A stretch of DNA of 64,000 nucleotides from NCBI GenBank assembly GCA_900541825.1, contig UQLJ01000005.1:9482-73481 (forward strand), written 5' to 3'. Position 1 is the first letter of the stretch. Every line of letters begins with the position of its first letter. This DNA is from an uncultured Collinsella sp. GTDB taxonomy: Bacteria; Actinomycetota; Coriobacteriia; Coriobacteriales; Coriobacteriaceae. A model generated the notes under the pieces. The model saw nothing but the letters and a program-made list of their open reading frames with translations, searched no databases and was not told the origin of the DNA. The translations under genes and the position numbers were made by a program. Below are positions 8,448 to 17,651 of the stretch, piece after piece.

Positions 8448-9590
8448 GTGATCTGCCCGCACTGCCTTAAGACTATCGAGGACGGCGCCTCGTTTTGCCC
8501 CTACTGCAACGCCTATGTGGGTCCGGGCGATGGTCCCGAGCACACCGAGTTCGTGTTCTGTGAGGGCTGCGGTGCCCGTCTTTCTCCGCATGATCGTACG
8601 TGCCCCAAATGCGGACGCCCCGCTCCGGGTATCCTCTCCGAGGACGCGGCCGCATCCGACCTGGCAGCGGGCCGCACGGCGGGCTTTCCGCGCCTAACGC
8701 AAGAGCAGATCGATACCGAGGTGCCTCATGCGCCGGCCTCTGCCGCTGCGGTGCTTTCGGACGCCGCCGACCCCAATGAGACCTGCGTGCTGCCTGCTTT
8801 CGATAAGGATTTCGGTATCCCCAAGGTCGATATTCCCACGCCCGTTTCCCTGCATGACGATGCTCAAAAACCCAAGCGCAAGGTGCATCCCGACGAGGAC
8901 GCCTATCACAAGCACAAGCGTCATATCCCCAAGCCGCTCATTATCATCTCGGTCCTTGCCGTCGTTTGCGGCGGTGCCTATTGGTTCGTGACGACCGATC
9001 CCATGGGTGTCATGCCTGGCTTCTACGACCAGTTTGGCCAAGCTGCACAGACCACCTTCCCCACGCGCCAAAAGGGCGAGGCGACTGAGGACGATACCAA
9101 GCAGGACGATTCTGCCGAGGTGGTCCAGGAAGAAACCGTGCTCACCGATGATCGGCTCTATACCAGACTCGACGGTCTGTATCAGACCATCATGTCCTAC
9201 GGTGATGAGGACCAGATCGGCGAGGTCATCGATTCCTTTAACAACGGCTATCTCCGAACGCCGCTGTCCACCCGCCAGGAGCTGTCGCAGAGTGCCTACG
9301 CCCTGCGCGACCAGATCAAAAAGACGCAAGATGAGCTTAACAACCTTAAGTATCAGGACGATACGGTCTATGCGGACGACATCGCCCACTTAAAGCAGCT
9401 TGCCGAGTGGATGTATGAGCGCGTCGACGTGATCTGCCAAAGTTGGGACATCTCGCTGGCCATTCCCGATGGCGAGTTGATGAGTTCCCACCAAAGCGAG
9501 ATCCTGGCGCCCATCGCGCAGAGTGGCAACAGCGCGCTTAATCAGTACGACGCCAACGTGGGCTCCTGGAAGCCGCAGCAGCGTTCCTAA
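8448..9590 (+). CDS. double zinc-ribbon, single-pass membrane protein of unknown function
   Basis: Two CxxC...CxxC pairs (CPHCLK..CPYCN; CEGCG..CPKCG), one hydrophobic helix (PLIIISVLAVVCGGAYWFV) and a C-terminal domain of about 190 aa. The ORF track starts at TTG 8418. GTG 8448 follows AAGAGGA at good spacing. Confidence 0.6.
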   Translation: MICPHCLKTIEDGASFCPYCNAYVGPGDGPEHTEFVFCEGCGARLSPHDRTCPKCGRPAPGILSEDAAASDLAAGRTAGFPRLTQEQIDTEVPHAPASAAAVLSDAADPNETCVLPAFDKDFGIPKVDIPTPVSLHDDAQKPKRKVHPDEDAYHKHKRHIPKPLIIISVLAVVCGGAYWFVTTDPMGVMPGFYDQFGQAAQTTFPTRQKGEATEDDTKQDDSAEVVQEETVLTDDRLYTRLDGLYQTIMSYGDEDQIGEVIDSFNNGYLRTPLSTRQELSQSAYALRDQIKKTQDELNNLKYQDDTVYADDIAHLKQLAEWMYERVDVICQSWDISLAIPDGELMSSHQSEILAPIAQSGNSALNQYDANVGSWKPQQRS

Positions 9591-9628
9591 AATTAGTTCG
9601 CCATAGTCGGCATAACCTACGTGCGCAA

Positions 9629-9658
9629 TTGATGTAAGCGCATGCTTATTGCTACAAT
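9629..9658 (+). promoter_or_regulatory. candidate promoter upstream of the cyclophilin gene
   Basis: TTGATG (9629-9634), an 18-nt spacer, then TACAAT (9653-9658). Confidence 0.45.
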
Positions 9659-9697
9659 TCGTACAAATATGCTTTAAACGCACGAGGAAGGAACCAC

Positions 9698-10240
9698 ATG
9701 TTTGGTTTTAAGAAAGAGCTCTACACGCCCGAGTATCAGCTTGCCGGCGACGAGTGCGCCGTTATCGAGACGTCGAAGGGTACCATCAAGGTCAAGTTTG
9801 ACGGCGAGGGCGCTCCCATTCATGTCGCGAACTTCTGCGAGCTTTCCACGATGGGCTTCTATGATGGCCTTAAGTTCCATCGCTATGTGCCCGGCTTTGT
9901 CATTCAGGGCGGCGACCCCAATACCCGCGATATGTCCGGCGCCGACGTCGCTGCCGGTCTTGAGGGCCCCGACGGCATGCCCGGTACCGGTGGCCCCGGC
10001 TACTGCATTAAGGGCGAGTTTGCCACCAATCCGCGCAACAGCCATGTCGATGGTGCTCTTGCCATGGCACGCTCCATGGACCCCGATTCCGCGGGTTCGC
10101 AGTTCTACTTCTGCCTGGGCGCCCAGCATAACCTCGATTCTGGTTACACCGTCTTTGGTACCACGGTCGAGGGTCTCGATGTGATTTCGCAGCTGCGTGC
10201 CGGCGACGAGATCGTCCATGTCGAGATCGTTCACGAGTAA
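9698..10240 (+). CDS. peptidyl-prolyl cis-trans isomerase, cyclophilin type
   Basis: 180-aa ORF with the cyclophilin signatures FHRYVPGFVIQGGDP and SQFYFCL. RBS GGAAGGA lies upstream. Confidence 0.92.
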   Translation: MFGFKKELYTPEYQLAGDECAVIETSKGTIKVKFDGEGAPIHVANFCELSTMGFYDGLKFHRYVPGFVIQGGDPNTRDMSGADVAAGLEGPDGMPGTGGPGYCIKGEFATNPRNSHVDGALAMARSMDPDSAGSQFYFCLGAQHNLDSGYTVFGTTVEGLDVISQLRAGDEIVHVEIVHE

Positions 10241-10252
10241 AAGGGGGCTTCC

Positions 10253-11557
10253 TTGAATAGCCAGCTGATCCAACAGGGCCGCGCCGCTTACCGCGCGGGT
10301 GATTTTTCCGCTGCAGCCCAGATGCTTGGGGCGGCAAAGACTCCCGATGAGATTATGGGCGAGGCCGATCACCTTCGCGGCAACGCCTTGATGCACTTGG
10401 GCATGTATGCCGAGGCCGCCGAGGCCTATGCCGCCGCCCTCAACGACGGTACCTATGGCAAGCGCGGTGCGCTGCTCACCAACCGCGGCAAGGCACTCGC
10501 CGCCGTGGGCGACTATACGACAGCCGCCCAGGCGTTCTCTGCTGCTACGCAGGACGCTTCCTATGCCACGCCGTTCAAGGCCTATCTGGGCCTGGGTAAC
10601 GCGCTGTTCCAGTCGGGCGACTATGCCAACGCGGGTACTGCCTTCCGTCAGGCTGCCATCGACGGCGCCAATCCGGCTCCTGCTGCTGCGCTCGGCGAGC
10701 TTGGTCGTTGCTTCATTAAGCTCGGCCGTCCGGCGGATGCCGTGGAGACCTACCGCACGGCTATCGACTTTGCCGGTCCCCGCGACGACACGCGCGCGCT
10801 CAACGCCGGCATGGGTCAGGCACTTTCTGCCGCCGGCCGCCCCTCCGACGCACTCGACGCCTTTAACGCCGCTACTGCCGATGGCATCTATCAGCTCACC
10901 TCCGAGCAGGCCGACGAGCTTGCCCGCGTGCACGATTCGCTTGCCGCGCTGTCTGCCCAGACGGCTATGGCCACGGCTCCGGCGCCCGCGATGGACGCTC
11001 CTGCCGTCGATCCGCTCGATCCTACGGGCGCGACCGGTCAGTTTATGCCCGATCCCTCGGACACCGGTTTCTTTACGCTGTCCGAGTCCGAGATGGTCCA
11101 GCAGGACCGTCAGGATCGTAAGCAGGCCAAGGTTCGTCGCCGCCATCGCCACACGGGTCTCAAAGTCTTCATCGTGCTGCTTCTGCTCATTTTGATCGCC
11201 GCGGGCGGTCTGGGCTTTGCCTACACGCGCGGCTTTGGCTTCCCGTCTCAGGAGTCTGTCGTTACCGATCTGTTCCAAGCTGCCGGTGACGGTGATACCG
11301 CAAAGGCCGAGTCTTGCTTGGCCTCGAGCCTGTCCGAGGACGCTAAGTCGATGATCATCTCCTCGATTCCGCAGGGTGCCACCGTGTCCGTCGAGGGCAT
11401 GGATCAGTCCATGACCGAGACGACCGCCAAGGTTAAGGCATCGCTGTCCAAGGGCGGCGAGCAGGAGTACACCGTCAAATTCGTGCGCTCCGACAACCAT
11501 ATCGGCTGGGCCGTTTCCTCGCTCGATATGGATTTCTCGGCTGCTGACAACCAGTAG
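10253..11557 (+). CDS. TPR-repeat protein with one transmembrane helix and a small C-terminal extracytoplasmic domain
   Basis: 434-aa ORF with repeated A/L/Y-rich 34-aa TPR-like units in the first ~290 aa. These are followed by RRRHRH, then LKVFIVLLLLILIAAGGLGFAY (TM), then a tail of about 100 aa. TTG start follows AAGGGGG. Confidence 0.7.
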   Translation: MNSQLIQQGRAAYRAGDFSAAAQMLGAAKTPDEIMGEADHLRGNALMHLGMYAEAAEAYAAALNDGTYGKRGALLTNRGKALAAVGDYTTAAQAFSAATQDASYATPFKAYLGLGNALFQSGDYANAGTAFRQAAIDGANPAPAAALGELGRCFIKLGRPADAVETYRTAIDFAGPRDDTRALNAGMGQALSAAGRPSDALDAFNAATADGIYQLTSEQADELARVHDSLAALSAQTAMATAPAPAMDAPAVDPLDPTGATGQFMPDPSDTGFFTLSESEMVQQDRQDRKQAKVRRRHRHTGLKVFIVLLLLILIAAGGLGFAYTRGFGFPSQESVVTDLFQAAGDGDTAKAESCLASSLSEDAKSMIISSIPQGATVSVEGMDQSMTETTAKVKASLSKGGEQEYTVKFVRSDNHIGWAVSSLDMDFSAADNQ

Positions 11558-11672
11558 TGACCTTATGGGATTTAGCTTTGCCCGGTGCTTCACCGCAAGT
11601 GAGGTGCCGGGCTTGCGCTAGTATGATGAGCTAGTAGTTTTCCAGCAATCATCCAACACATCAGGAGTTGCG

Positions 11673-12716
11673 TTGTTTTCTTTGATGGATATGTTCTTCG
11701 GTAGCTATGCGGGCGATCTTGCCATCGACCTCGGCACCGCAAATACGCTTGTCTCCGTGCGCGGCAAGGGCATCGTCATTCGCGAGCCCTCTGTTGTCGC
11801 CATCGACAAGAACGACGAGCGCATCCTGGCGGTCGGTATCGAGGCAAAGCGCATGCTCGGCCGTACGCCCGGCAACATCGTGGCCGTTCGTCCCCTGAAG
11901 GACGGCGTCATCGCCGACTTCGACGTTACCGAGGCCATGCTTCGCTACTTTATCGACAAGGCTTCCGAGAAGCGCTATCCGTGGACTCCGCGTCCGCGTG
12001 TTGTCGTCTGCGTTCCCTCCGGCGTCACGTCGGTCGAGAAGCGCGCTGTCTTTGAGGCCACGATCCAGGCCGGTGCCCGCCAGGCCTATCTGATCGAAGA
12101 GCCTATGGCCGCCGCTATCGGCGCCGACCTGCCCGTCGAGGAACCCACTGGCTCCATGGTCATCGACATCGGTGGCGGTACCACCGAGGTTGCCGTTATC
12201 GCTATGGGCGGCATCGTCGTCTCGCAGTCCATCCGTATTGCCGGTGACGAGTTCGACCAGGCTATCCTCACGCACGTTCGTGATGCCTACAACCTGGCCA
12301 TCGGTGAGCGTACGGCAGAGGATATCAAGATCAAGGTCGGCTCCGCCGTGCCGCTCAAGGACGAGCTCGACGTCGAGGTCAACGGCCGCGACGTGATCAC
12401 GGGTCTGCCCAAGACCGTGCGCATCGAGAGCGAGGAGATTCGTCGGGCACTCAACAAGCCGCTCGACGAGATGGCCAAGGCCGTCAAGGACGCACTCGAC
12501 GCTACGCCTCCCGATCTTGCCTCGGACCTTATGTACTACGGCATTTTGCTGACCGGTGGCGGCGCGCTGCTGCGCGGTCTCGATGTGCGCCTGCGCGATG
12601 AGACCGGTGTTTCTGTCAACGTCAGCCCCACGGCGCTCGATAACGTCGTTAACGGCTGCGCCCGCGTGCTCGAGGCCAATGCGTTTGATGGCGGCTTCGT
12701 CCAGACCAATGCTTAA
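11673..12716 (+). CDS. mreB: rod shape-determining protein MreB
   Basis: DLAIDLGTANTLV and the actin-fold phosphate motifs match MreB. An AGGAG RBS is present. An alternative start is ATG 11685. Confidence 0.95.
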   Translation: MFSLMDMFFGSYAGDLAIDLGTANTLVSVRGKGIVIREPSVVAIDKNDERILAVGIEAKRMLGRTPGNIVAVRPLKDGVIADFDVTEAMLRYFIDKASEKRYPWTPRPRVVVCVPSGVTSVEKRAVFEATIQAGARQAYLIEEPMAAAIGADLPVEEPTGSMVIDIGGGTTEVAVIAMGGIVVSQSIRIAGDEFDQAILTHVRDAYNLAIGERTAEDIKIKVGSAVPLKDELDVEVNGRDVITGLPKTVRIESEEIRRALNKPLDEMAKAVKDALDATPPDLASDLMYYGILLTGGGALLRGLDVRLRDETGVSVNVSPTALDNVVNGCARVLEANAFDGGFVQTNA

Positions 12717-12737
12717 TTTCCAAAAGGTGGATTCCAT

Positions 12738-13736
12738 TTGGCACGATCTTCGGGTTTCTCCACAAATCTGAATACCAAGCGACAATCAACGGGTATGCGC
12801 CCGTTGATTGTTTTCAGCGTGATTTCGGTGTTGCTGCTCACGTTTTACATCCGCGAGGGCGAGGCGGGGCCGATTCATGCCGTGCGTTCGGGCGTAACGA
12901 CGATTACCTCGCCGGTGCGTTTTGTGGGCTCGGCTGTGGCGGCTCCTTTCAATGCCATCGGCAACGTGTTCTCTAACCTTACGGCGTCGCAGGACACGCT
13001 CGACGAACTCAAGAAGCAAAACGAGGAACTGACCTCTAAGGTTGCTGAGCTCTCCGAGGCTCAAAAGACCGCTGAGCGTCTGGAAGGGCTGGTCGGCCTG
13101 CAGTCGACCTACAACCTTAAATCGACCGCAGCTCGTATTGTCGGTGCCTCCGGCGATGCCTGGACCTCGACCGTTACCATCGACAAGGGCTCTGCCGACG
13201 GCCTTACCATCAACATGCCCGTGACGAGTTCTGCCGGTGTTATCGGCCAGATTATCGAGGTATCGGCCAAGACCTCTACCGTGCGCCTGATTGGCGACGA
13301 GAACTCGGGCGTGTCCGCCATGGTGCAGGACACGCGCGCCCAGGGTATGCTGCAGGGTCAGGCTGACGGCACGCTGCGTCTTGAGTACGTGAGCGTCGAC
13401 TCCGATGTTAAGGTTGGCGATATCATCGTGACCTCTGGCATCGGTGGCGTGTTCCCCAAGGGCCTTCCGCTTGGCACCGTCTCGTCGGTTGAGAAATCGG
13501 CAAACGATGTGTACTACACCATTGTGGTGCGCGCCCAGACGACGGCCGAGAACAACGAGGAAGTGCTGGTCATTACCTCGCTGACCGACGAACAGTCGGC
13601 CTCGGATGAGGACGTGAGTACGGCCAACAGCACGCCGCAGGGAACGTCGCGCGACGCTGCGACCAAGACGAAGGACGAGAGCTCGGATGACAGTTCCGAC
13701 ACGTCCGAAACGACCGATTCCGGCTCGAGCGAATAG
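12738..13736 (+). CDS. mreC: rod shape-determining protein MreC
   Basis: N-terminal TM segment, a coiled-coil (LDELKKQNEELTSKVAELSEAQ), MreC beta-barrel region and an acidic Ser-rich tail. Positioned between mreB and mreD. Confidence 0.88.
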   Translation: MARSSGFSTNLNTKRQSTGMRPLIVFSVISVLLLTFYIREGEAGPIHAVRSGVTTITSPVRFVGSAVAAPFNAIGNVFSNLTASQDTLDELKKQNEELTSKVAELSEAQKTAERLEGLVGLQSTYNLKSTAARIVGASGDAWTSTVTIDKGSADGLTINMPVTSSAGVIGQIIEVSAKTSTVRLIGDENSGVSAMVQDTRAQGMLQGQADGTLRLEYVSVDSDVKVGDIIVTSGIGGVFPKGLPLGTVSSVEKSANDVYYTIVVRAQTTAENNEEVLVITSLTDEQSASDEDVSTANSTPQGTSRDAATKTKDESSDDSSDTSETTDSGSSE

Positions 13737-13741
13737 GGGGC

Positions 13742-14314
13742 ATGTCCATGGATCTACACGAGCAGGGGATGAGCTCCCGCACGTTTGTGATCGCCGCCAT
13801 TGTGTGCGTGCTGCTGCAAGCAGGCCTGGCACCGCAGATCTCCATTGCGGGCGGTCGCGTCAACTTCATGATTATCCTGGTGTGCCTAAGCGTGTTCTCG
13901 GGCGACCCGACCCGTGCCGTCGTGTGCGGTTTTTGCAGCGGCTTGTTCTATGACCTGTCCGCTGCCGTGCCGGTGGGCGTTATGTCGCTCCTGCTGACCG
14001 TGGGTTCTTTTGCCCTGGTGCACAGCGCCGTCGGTCAGACGGGCGGTACCCCGAGTGCGCGCGGCGTCACTGTGGGCGCTTTCGCGCTCGTCATTAATGT
14101 GATCTACAGCATCATCTTGCTGTTTATGGGTTTGGAGACGAGCTTTGTCGTGGCGATCTTCGGCCATGCGCTGCCGTCTTCAATCCTGACGGGTCTGGTT
14201 GCCATTCCGTTTTTGATGTCCGGCGTCGTGCCGCAGTCCGGCTATGGATTCTCCGCACGTGGCGGACGCCAGGCGGGTATGCGCTTTAAGCCCAAGACCC
14301 GTAAGCTTAAATAG
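13742..14314 (+). CDS. mreD: rod shape-determining protein MreD
   Basis: 190-aa polytopic hydrophobic protein immediately after mreC. Confidence 0.75.
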   Translation: MSMDLHEQGMSSRTFVIAAIVCVLLQAGLAPQISIAGGRVNFMIILVCLSVFSGDPTRAVVCGFCSGLFYDLSAAVPVGVMSLLLTVGSFALVHSAVGQTGGTPSARGVTVGAFALVINVIYSIILLFMGLETSFVVAIFGHALPSSILTGLVAIPFLMSGVVPQSGYGFSARGGRQAGMRFKPKTRKLK

Positions 14315-14327
14315 GGGAGGCCCGTAG

Positions 14328-16397
14328 ATGTCTTCCCAGATGACGGTTATTATCGCCGGTATCGTGCTGGTTGTGGCCATCGTGGTCGCGCTGGTCATCA
14401 TGCGTCGTGGCGATTCCCGTTTTACCTACGATACGCAGCATGGAACGGCCCCGCGCGCCACCGAGGGCGAGGGCAATACTGCGGCGACCGCCTTTAAGGG
14501 CCGTTTTTCCATCCTCACCACGGGTGTGGGCGCGATGTTTGCGGCGCTTGCCGTCAAGCAGTGGGGCATGCAGATGGTCTCGTCGGACTATTACGAGAAG
14601 CAGGCTAATAGCAATCAGACTCGCACCGTTACCACACCCGCTGTGCGCGGCCGCATCCTCGACCGCAATGGCGTGGCGCTTGTCCAGAACCGTCCCTCAC
14701 TTGCTGTCGTGGCCTACCGCGATCTTGCCGAGGATGAGGTTCTGGTTCGCCATCTTGCCAACGTGCTTGGAATGCCTTACGTGGCGGTCCTTCGCAATAT
14801 TCAGGACAATACAGAGGGCGCCCAGAGCCTGCATACCATCGCGACGGACGTCCGTCGCTCCACGGTTGCCTATATTCAGGAACATGCCGGCGAGTTCCCG
14901 GGCGTCAAGATTGCCGAGCGTACCGAGCGCCAGTATCCATATGGCGAGACGGCATGTCATATCTTGGGCTATACCGGCACCATTACCTCCGAGCAGCTGG
15001 AGGCCCAGAATAAGAAAACCTCTGGCGATGATGATGCTTCTGCTGGCAAGATTACGTACCAGTCGGGCGATATCGTGGGCCAGGCGGGCGTTGAGAGCTA
15101 CTACGAAAACCTGCTGCAGGGTATTCGTGGTGAGCAGACCGTCAAGGTCGATGCCTCGGGCAATGTGACCGGTCAGGCCGGCGCCGTGCCCGCGAAGGCC
15201 GGCTCTGACATTAAGCTCACGCTCGACCTTAAGATCCAGCAGGCCTGCGAGACGGCGCTGGCGAGCGCTATCGAGCTTGCCAAGACCACTGGCTACAGCA
15301 ATGCCGGCAACGGCGCTGTAGTGTGTCTCGATCCCAACAATGGCGAGATCCTGGGCATGGCGAGCGAGCCCAAGTTCGATCCGTCCGTCTTTATCGGTGG
15401 CGTCTCAAACGACGTGTGGACCGAGCTCAATGATGACAGGGGTTCGCACCCGCTGCTCAACCGCGCCATTAGCGGACAGTACATGTCGGCCTCGACCATC
15501 AAGCCGCTCTCGGCACTGGCCGGTCTTGAGTTTGGAACCTACACGTCGGGGCAGACGACCAACTGCACGGGTTATTGGACGGGTCTGGGCAAGTCGTGGG
15601 GCAAGTACTGCTGGCTGCACTCCGGCCACGGCACCATGACGCTGCAGTCGGGTATCGCTAACTCGTGCGACCCCGTCTTCTACGACATGGGCAAGGCGTT
15701 CTTTTATGACGAGCAACATTCCGAGGGCCTGCAGGAGGTCTTTCGTCGCTGGGGCCTAGGCAAGACCTGCGGTATCGATCTGCCGAGTGAGGGCGCGGGC
15801 CGTATTCCCGATGCCGAGTGGAAAGAGTCGTACTTCACCGACGCATCTGCCGAGGACCGCAAGTGGAATGCCGGCGATATGACCAACATTGCCATCGGCC
15901 AGGGCGACATCTTGGTGACGCCCCTGCAGATGGCGTGCGCCTATATGGGTCTTGCCAACGGCGGCAAACAGTACGTGCCTCACGTGTTTTTGTCTGCCGT
16001 GTCGCGCGATGGCGACGGCGATGCCTATAAGTACAACGGCAAGGGCAAGAAGAAGCGCCTGGAGGCCAAGATCAACAGCGATTCGGATTTGGCTCTAGTT
16101 CGCAACGGCATGCATGACGTGATTTACACGGCATCGACGTCCCTGGCGGCGCACTTTGGCACCCTGACGCCGCAGGTATACGGCAAGTCGGGCACGGGCG
16201 AGAAAAGCGGCGAGGACGAATACGCGTGGTTCTGCGCCTATGCACCGGCCGATGACCCCAAGTATGTCATCGCCACTGTCTTGGAACAGGGCGGCGGCGG
16301 CTCAGATACCGCGATGCATGTCGTGCGCGACGTGCTCGGCGTGATTTATGACGAGCCCGATACCTCTTCGGCCTCGGGCGATTCTTCGGTTCGATAG
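14328..16397 (+). CDS. mrdA: penicillin-binding protein 2 (elongasome transpeptidase)
   Basis: 689 aa with an N-terminal TM, PBP dimerisation domain and transpeptidase SxxK motif (SASTIKP). Located between mreD and rodA. Confidence 0.9.
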   Translation: MSSQMTVIIAGIVLVVAIVVALVIMRRGDSRFTYDTQHGTAPRATEGEGNTAATAFKGRFSILTTGVGAMFAALAVKQWGMQMVSSDYYEKQANSNQTRTVTTPAVRGRILDRNGVALVQNRPSLAVVAYRDLAEDEVLVRHLANVLGMPYVAVLRNIQDNTEGAQSLHTIATDVRRSTVAYIQEHAGEFPGVKIAERTERQYPYGETACHILGYTGTITSEQLEAQNKKTSGDDDASAGKITYQSGDIVGQAGVESYYENLLQGIRGEQTVKVDASGNVTGQAGAVPAKAGSDIKLTLDLKIQQACETALASAIELAKTTGYSNAGNGAVVCLDPNNGEILGMASEPKFDPSVFIGGVSNDVWTELNDDRGSHPLLNRAISGQYMSASTIKPLSALAGLEFGTYTSGQTTNCTGYWTGLGKSWGKYCWLHSGHGTMTLQSGIANSCDPVFYDMGKAFFYDEQHSEGLQEVFRRWGLGKTCGIDLPSEGAGRIPDAEWKESYFTDASAEDRKWNAGDMTNIAIGQGDILVTPLQMACAYMGLANGGKQYVPHVFLSAVSRDGDGDAYKYNGKGKKKRLEAKINSDSDLALVRNGMHDVIYTASTSLAAHFGTLTPQVYGKSGTGEKSGEDEYAWFCAYAPADDPKYVIATVLEQGGGGSDTAMHVVRDVLGVIYDEPDTSSASGDSSVR

Positions 16398-16406
16398 GAG
16401 GTTGCG

Positions 16407-17633
16407 ATGGATTTTTCTCCGGCGGATCTGTTCCGTTCAACCAAGACCGGCTCTCGCAGCAGCCTGGACCGTGTCAACAAGCAACTTTCGGCCTCGCGCG
16501 GCACGTTTCGCCAAAAGGTGCATATCGGTGTGCTCGTGGCTACTGTGGCGCTCGTCGCCTACGGTGCCATCATTATCTGGTCGGCTTCGCAGTTTAAGGC
16601 CGATGCCTCGTTCTCACGCCATCTGCTGGGAATTGGCATCGGGGCGGTGCTGGCGGTGCTCGTCTGGCGTACCGACCTGCGCGGTATTTCCAATTTCTCG
16701 ACGGCGTTGCTCGTCATCGACCTGATCGTGATCTTCTCGCCCAAGATTCCGGGTCTGTCCTATACGGGCGGTCTGGGCATGACGGGCTGGATCAAGATTC
16801 CCGGTATCGGCTTGACATTCCAGCCGGTTGAGCTTGCCAAGCTCATCACCATCTTCTTTATTGCTACGCTTGGATCGCAGTATAACGGTCGCATCGATAC
16901 CGTTCGCGACTACGTCAAGCTCTGCGGCATGCTGTCCATTCCGTTTTTGGCCGTCGTTGCCATGGGTGACCTGGGCTCGGGCCTGGTCGTGCTTGTTTCG
17001 GGCGCCATCGTCATTTGTATGAGCGGTGCACGCCGCGAATGGGTGCTGTCGACCCTGGCCCTGCTCGTGGGCCTGGTGGCCCTCGTTCTGGCGCTCGATT
17101 CGGTCTTTGATTCGTTGCTCGGTCATGATGTGCTCATCAAGCAGTATCAGATGAACCGTCTGACGGTCTTTATCGACCCCGATAATGCCGATTCGGACGA
17201 TGCCTACAACCTGCAGCAGTCGCTTATCGCCGTTGGCTCGGGTGGCTTCTTTGGTAAGGGTTTGGGCCATGCGACGCAGTCGGCCGGCGGCTTCCTACCC
17301 GAGTTCCATACCGACTTCGTCTTCGCCTTTTTGTCCGAGACCTTTGGCTTCTGCGGCTCCTTTTTGCTCCTGTGCCTCTACGTGCTGTTGATCTTTTCGA
17401 CGATTCGCGTCGCCTTTAAGTGTGAGTCCCTGTTTTTGCGTCTTTCGTGTGTTGGCATCGTTGGCATGTGGGCGTTCCAGACCTTCGAAAACATCGGCAT
17501 GTGCATCGGCATGATGCCGATTACCGGTATTCCACTACCGTTTATTAGCTTTGGTTCGTCTTCGATGATGATTCAGCTGCTGACGGTGGGTATCGTACAA
17601 TCCATATGGCGGCATCGTTCGGGCGCCGCGTAA
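16407..17633 (+). CDS. rodA: SEDS-family peptidoglycan glycosyltransferase RodA
   Basis: 408-aa polytopic FtsW/RodA/SpoVE-type protein (PEFHTDFVFA, GIPLPFISFGSS). Directly follows PBP2. Confidence 0.9.
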   Translation: MDFSPADLFRSTKTGSRSSLDRVNKQLSASRGTFRQKVHIGVLVATVALVAYGAIIIWSASQFKADASFSRHLLGIGIGAVLAVLVWRTDLRGISNFSTALLVIDLIVIFSPKIPGLSYTGGLGMTGWIKIPGIGLTFQPVELAKLITIFFIATLGSQYNGRIDTVRDYVKLCGMLSIPFLAVVAMGDLGSGLVVLVSGAIVICMSGARREWVLSTLALLVGLVALVLALDSVFDSLLGHDVLIKQYQMNRLTVFIDPDNADSDDAYNLQQSLIAVGSGGFFGKGLGHATQSAGGFLPEFHTDFVFAFLSETFGFCGSFLLLCLYVLLIFSTIRVAFKCESLFLRLSCVGIVGMWAFQTFENIGMCIGMMPITGIPLPFISFGSSSMMIQLLTVGIVQSIWRHRSGAA

Positions 17634-17651
17634 CCGCTGGAGGGGTTTGCT

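Noticed and set aside
9674-11593. 639-aa minus-strand ORF opposite the cyclophilin and TPR genes. The same applies to 3650-5257 (+), 18994-20436 (-), 43326-44828 (-), 60669-62066 (-) and 24209-25264 (-), among others.
   Set aside because: For those checked (9674, 3650, 18994, 43326, 60669) the frame is the codon-aligned antisense of confidently identified sense genes. They have no RBS, a repetitive G/A/R/D/H-rich composition, and span unrelated neighbouring genes.
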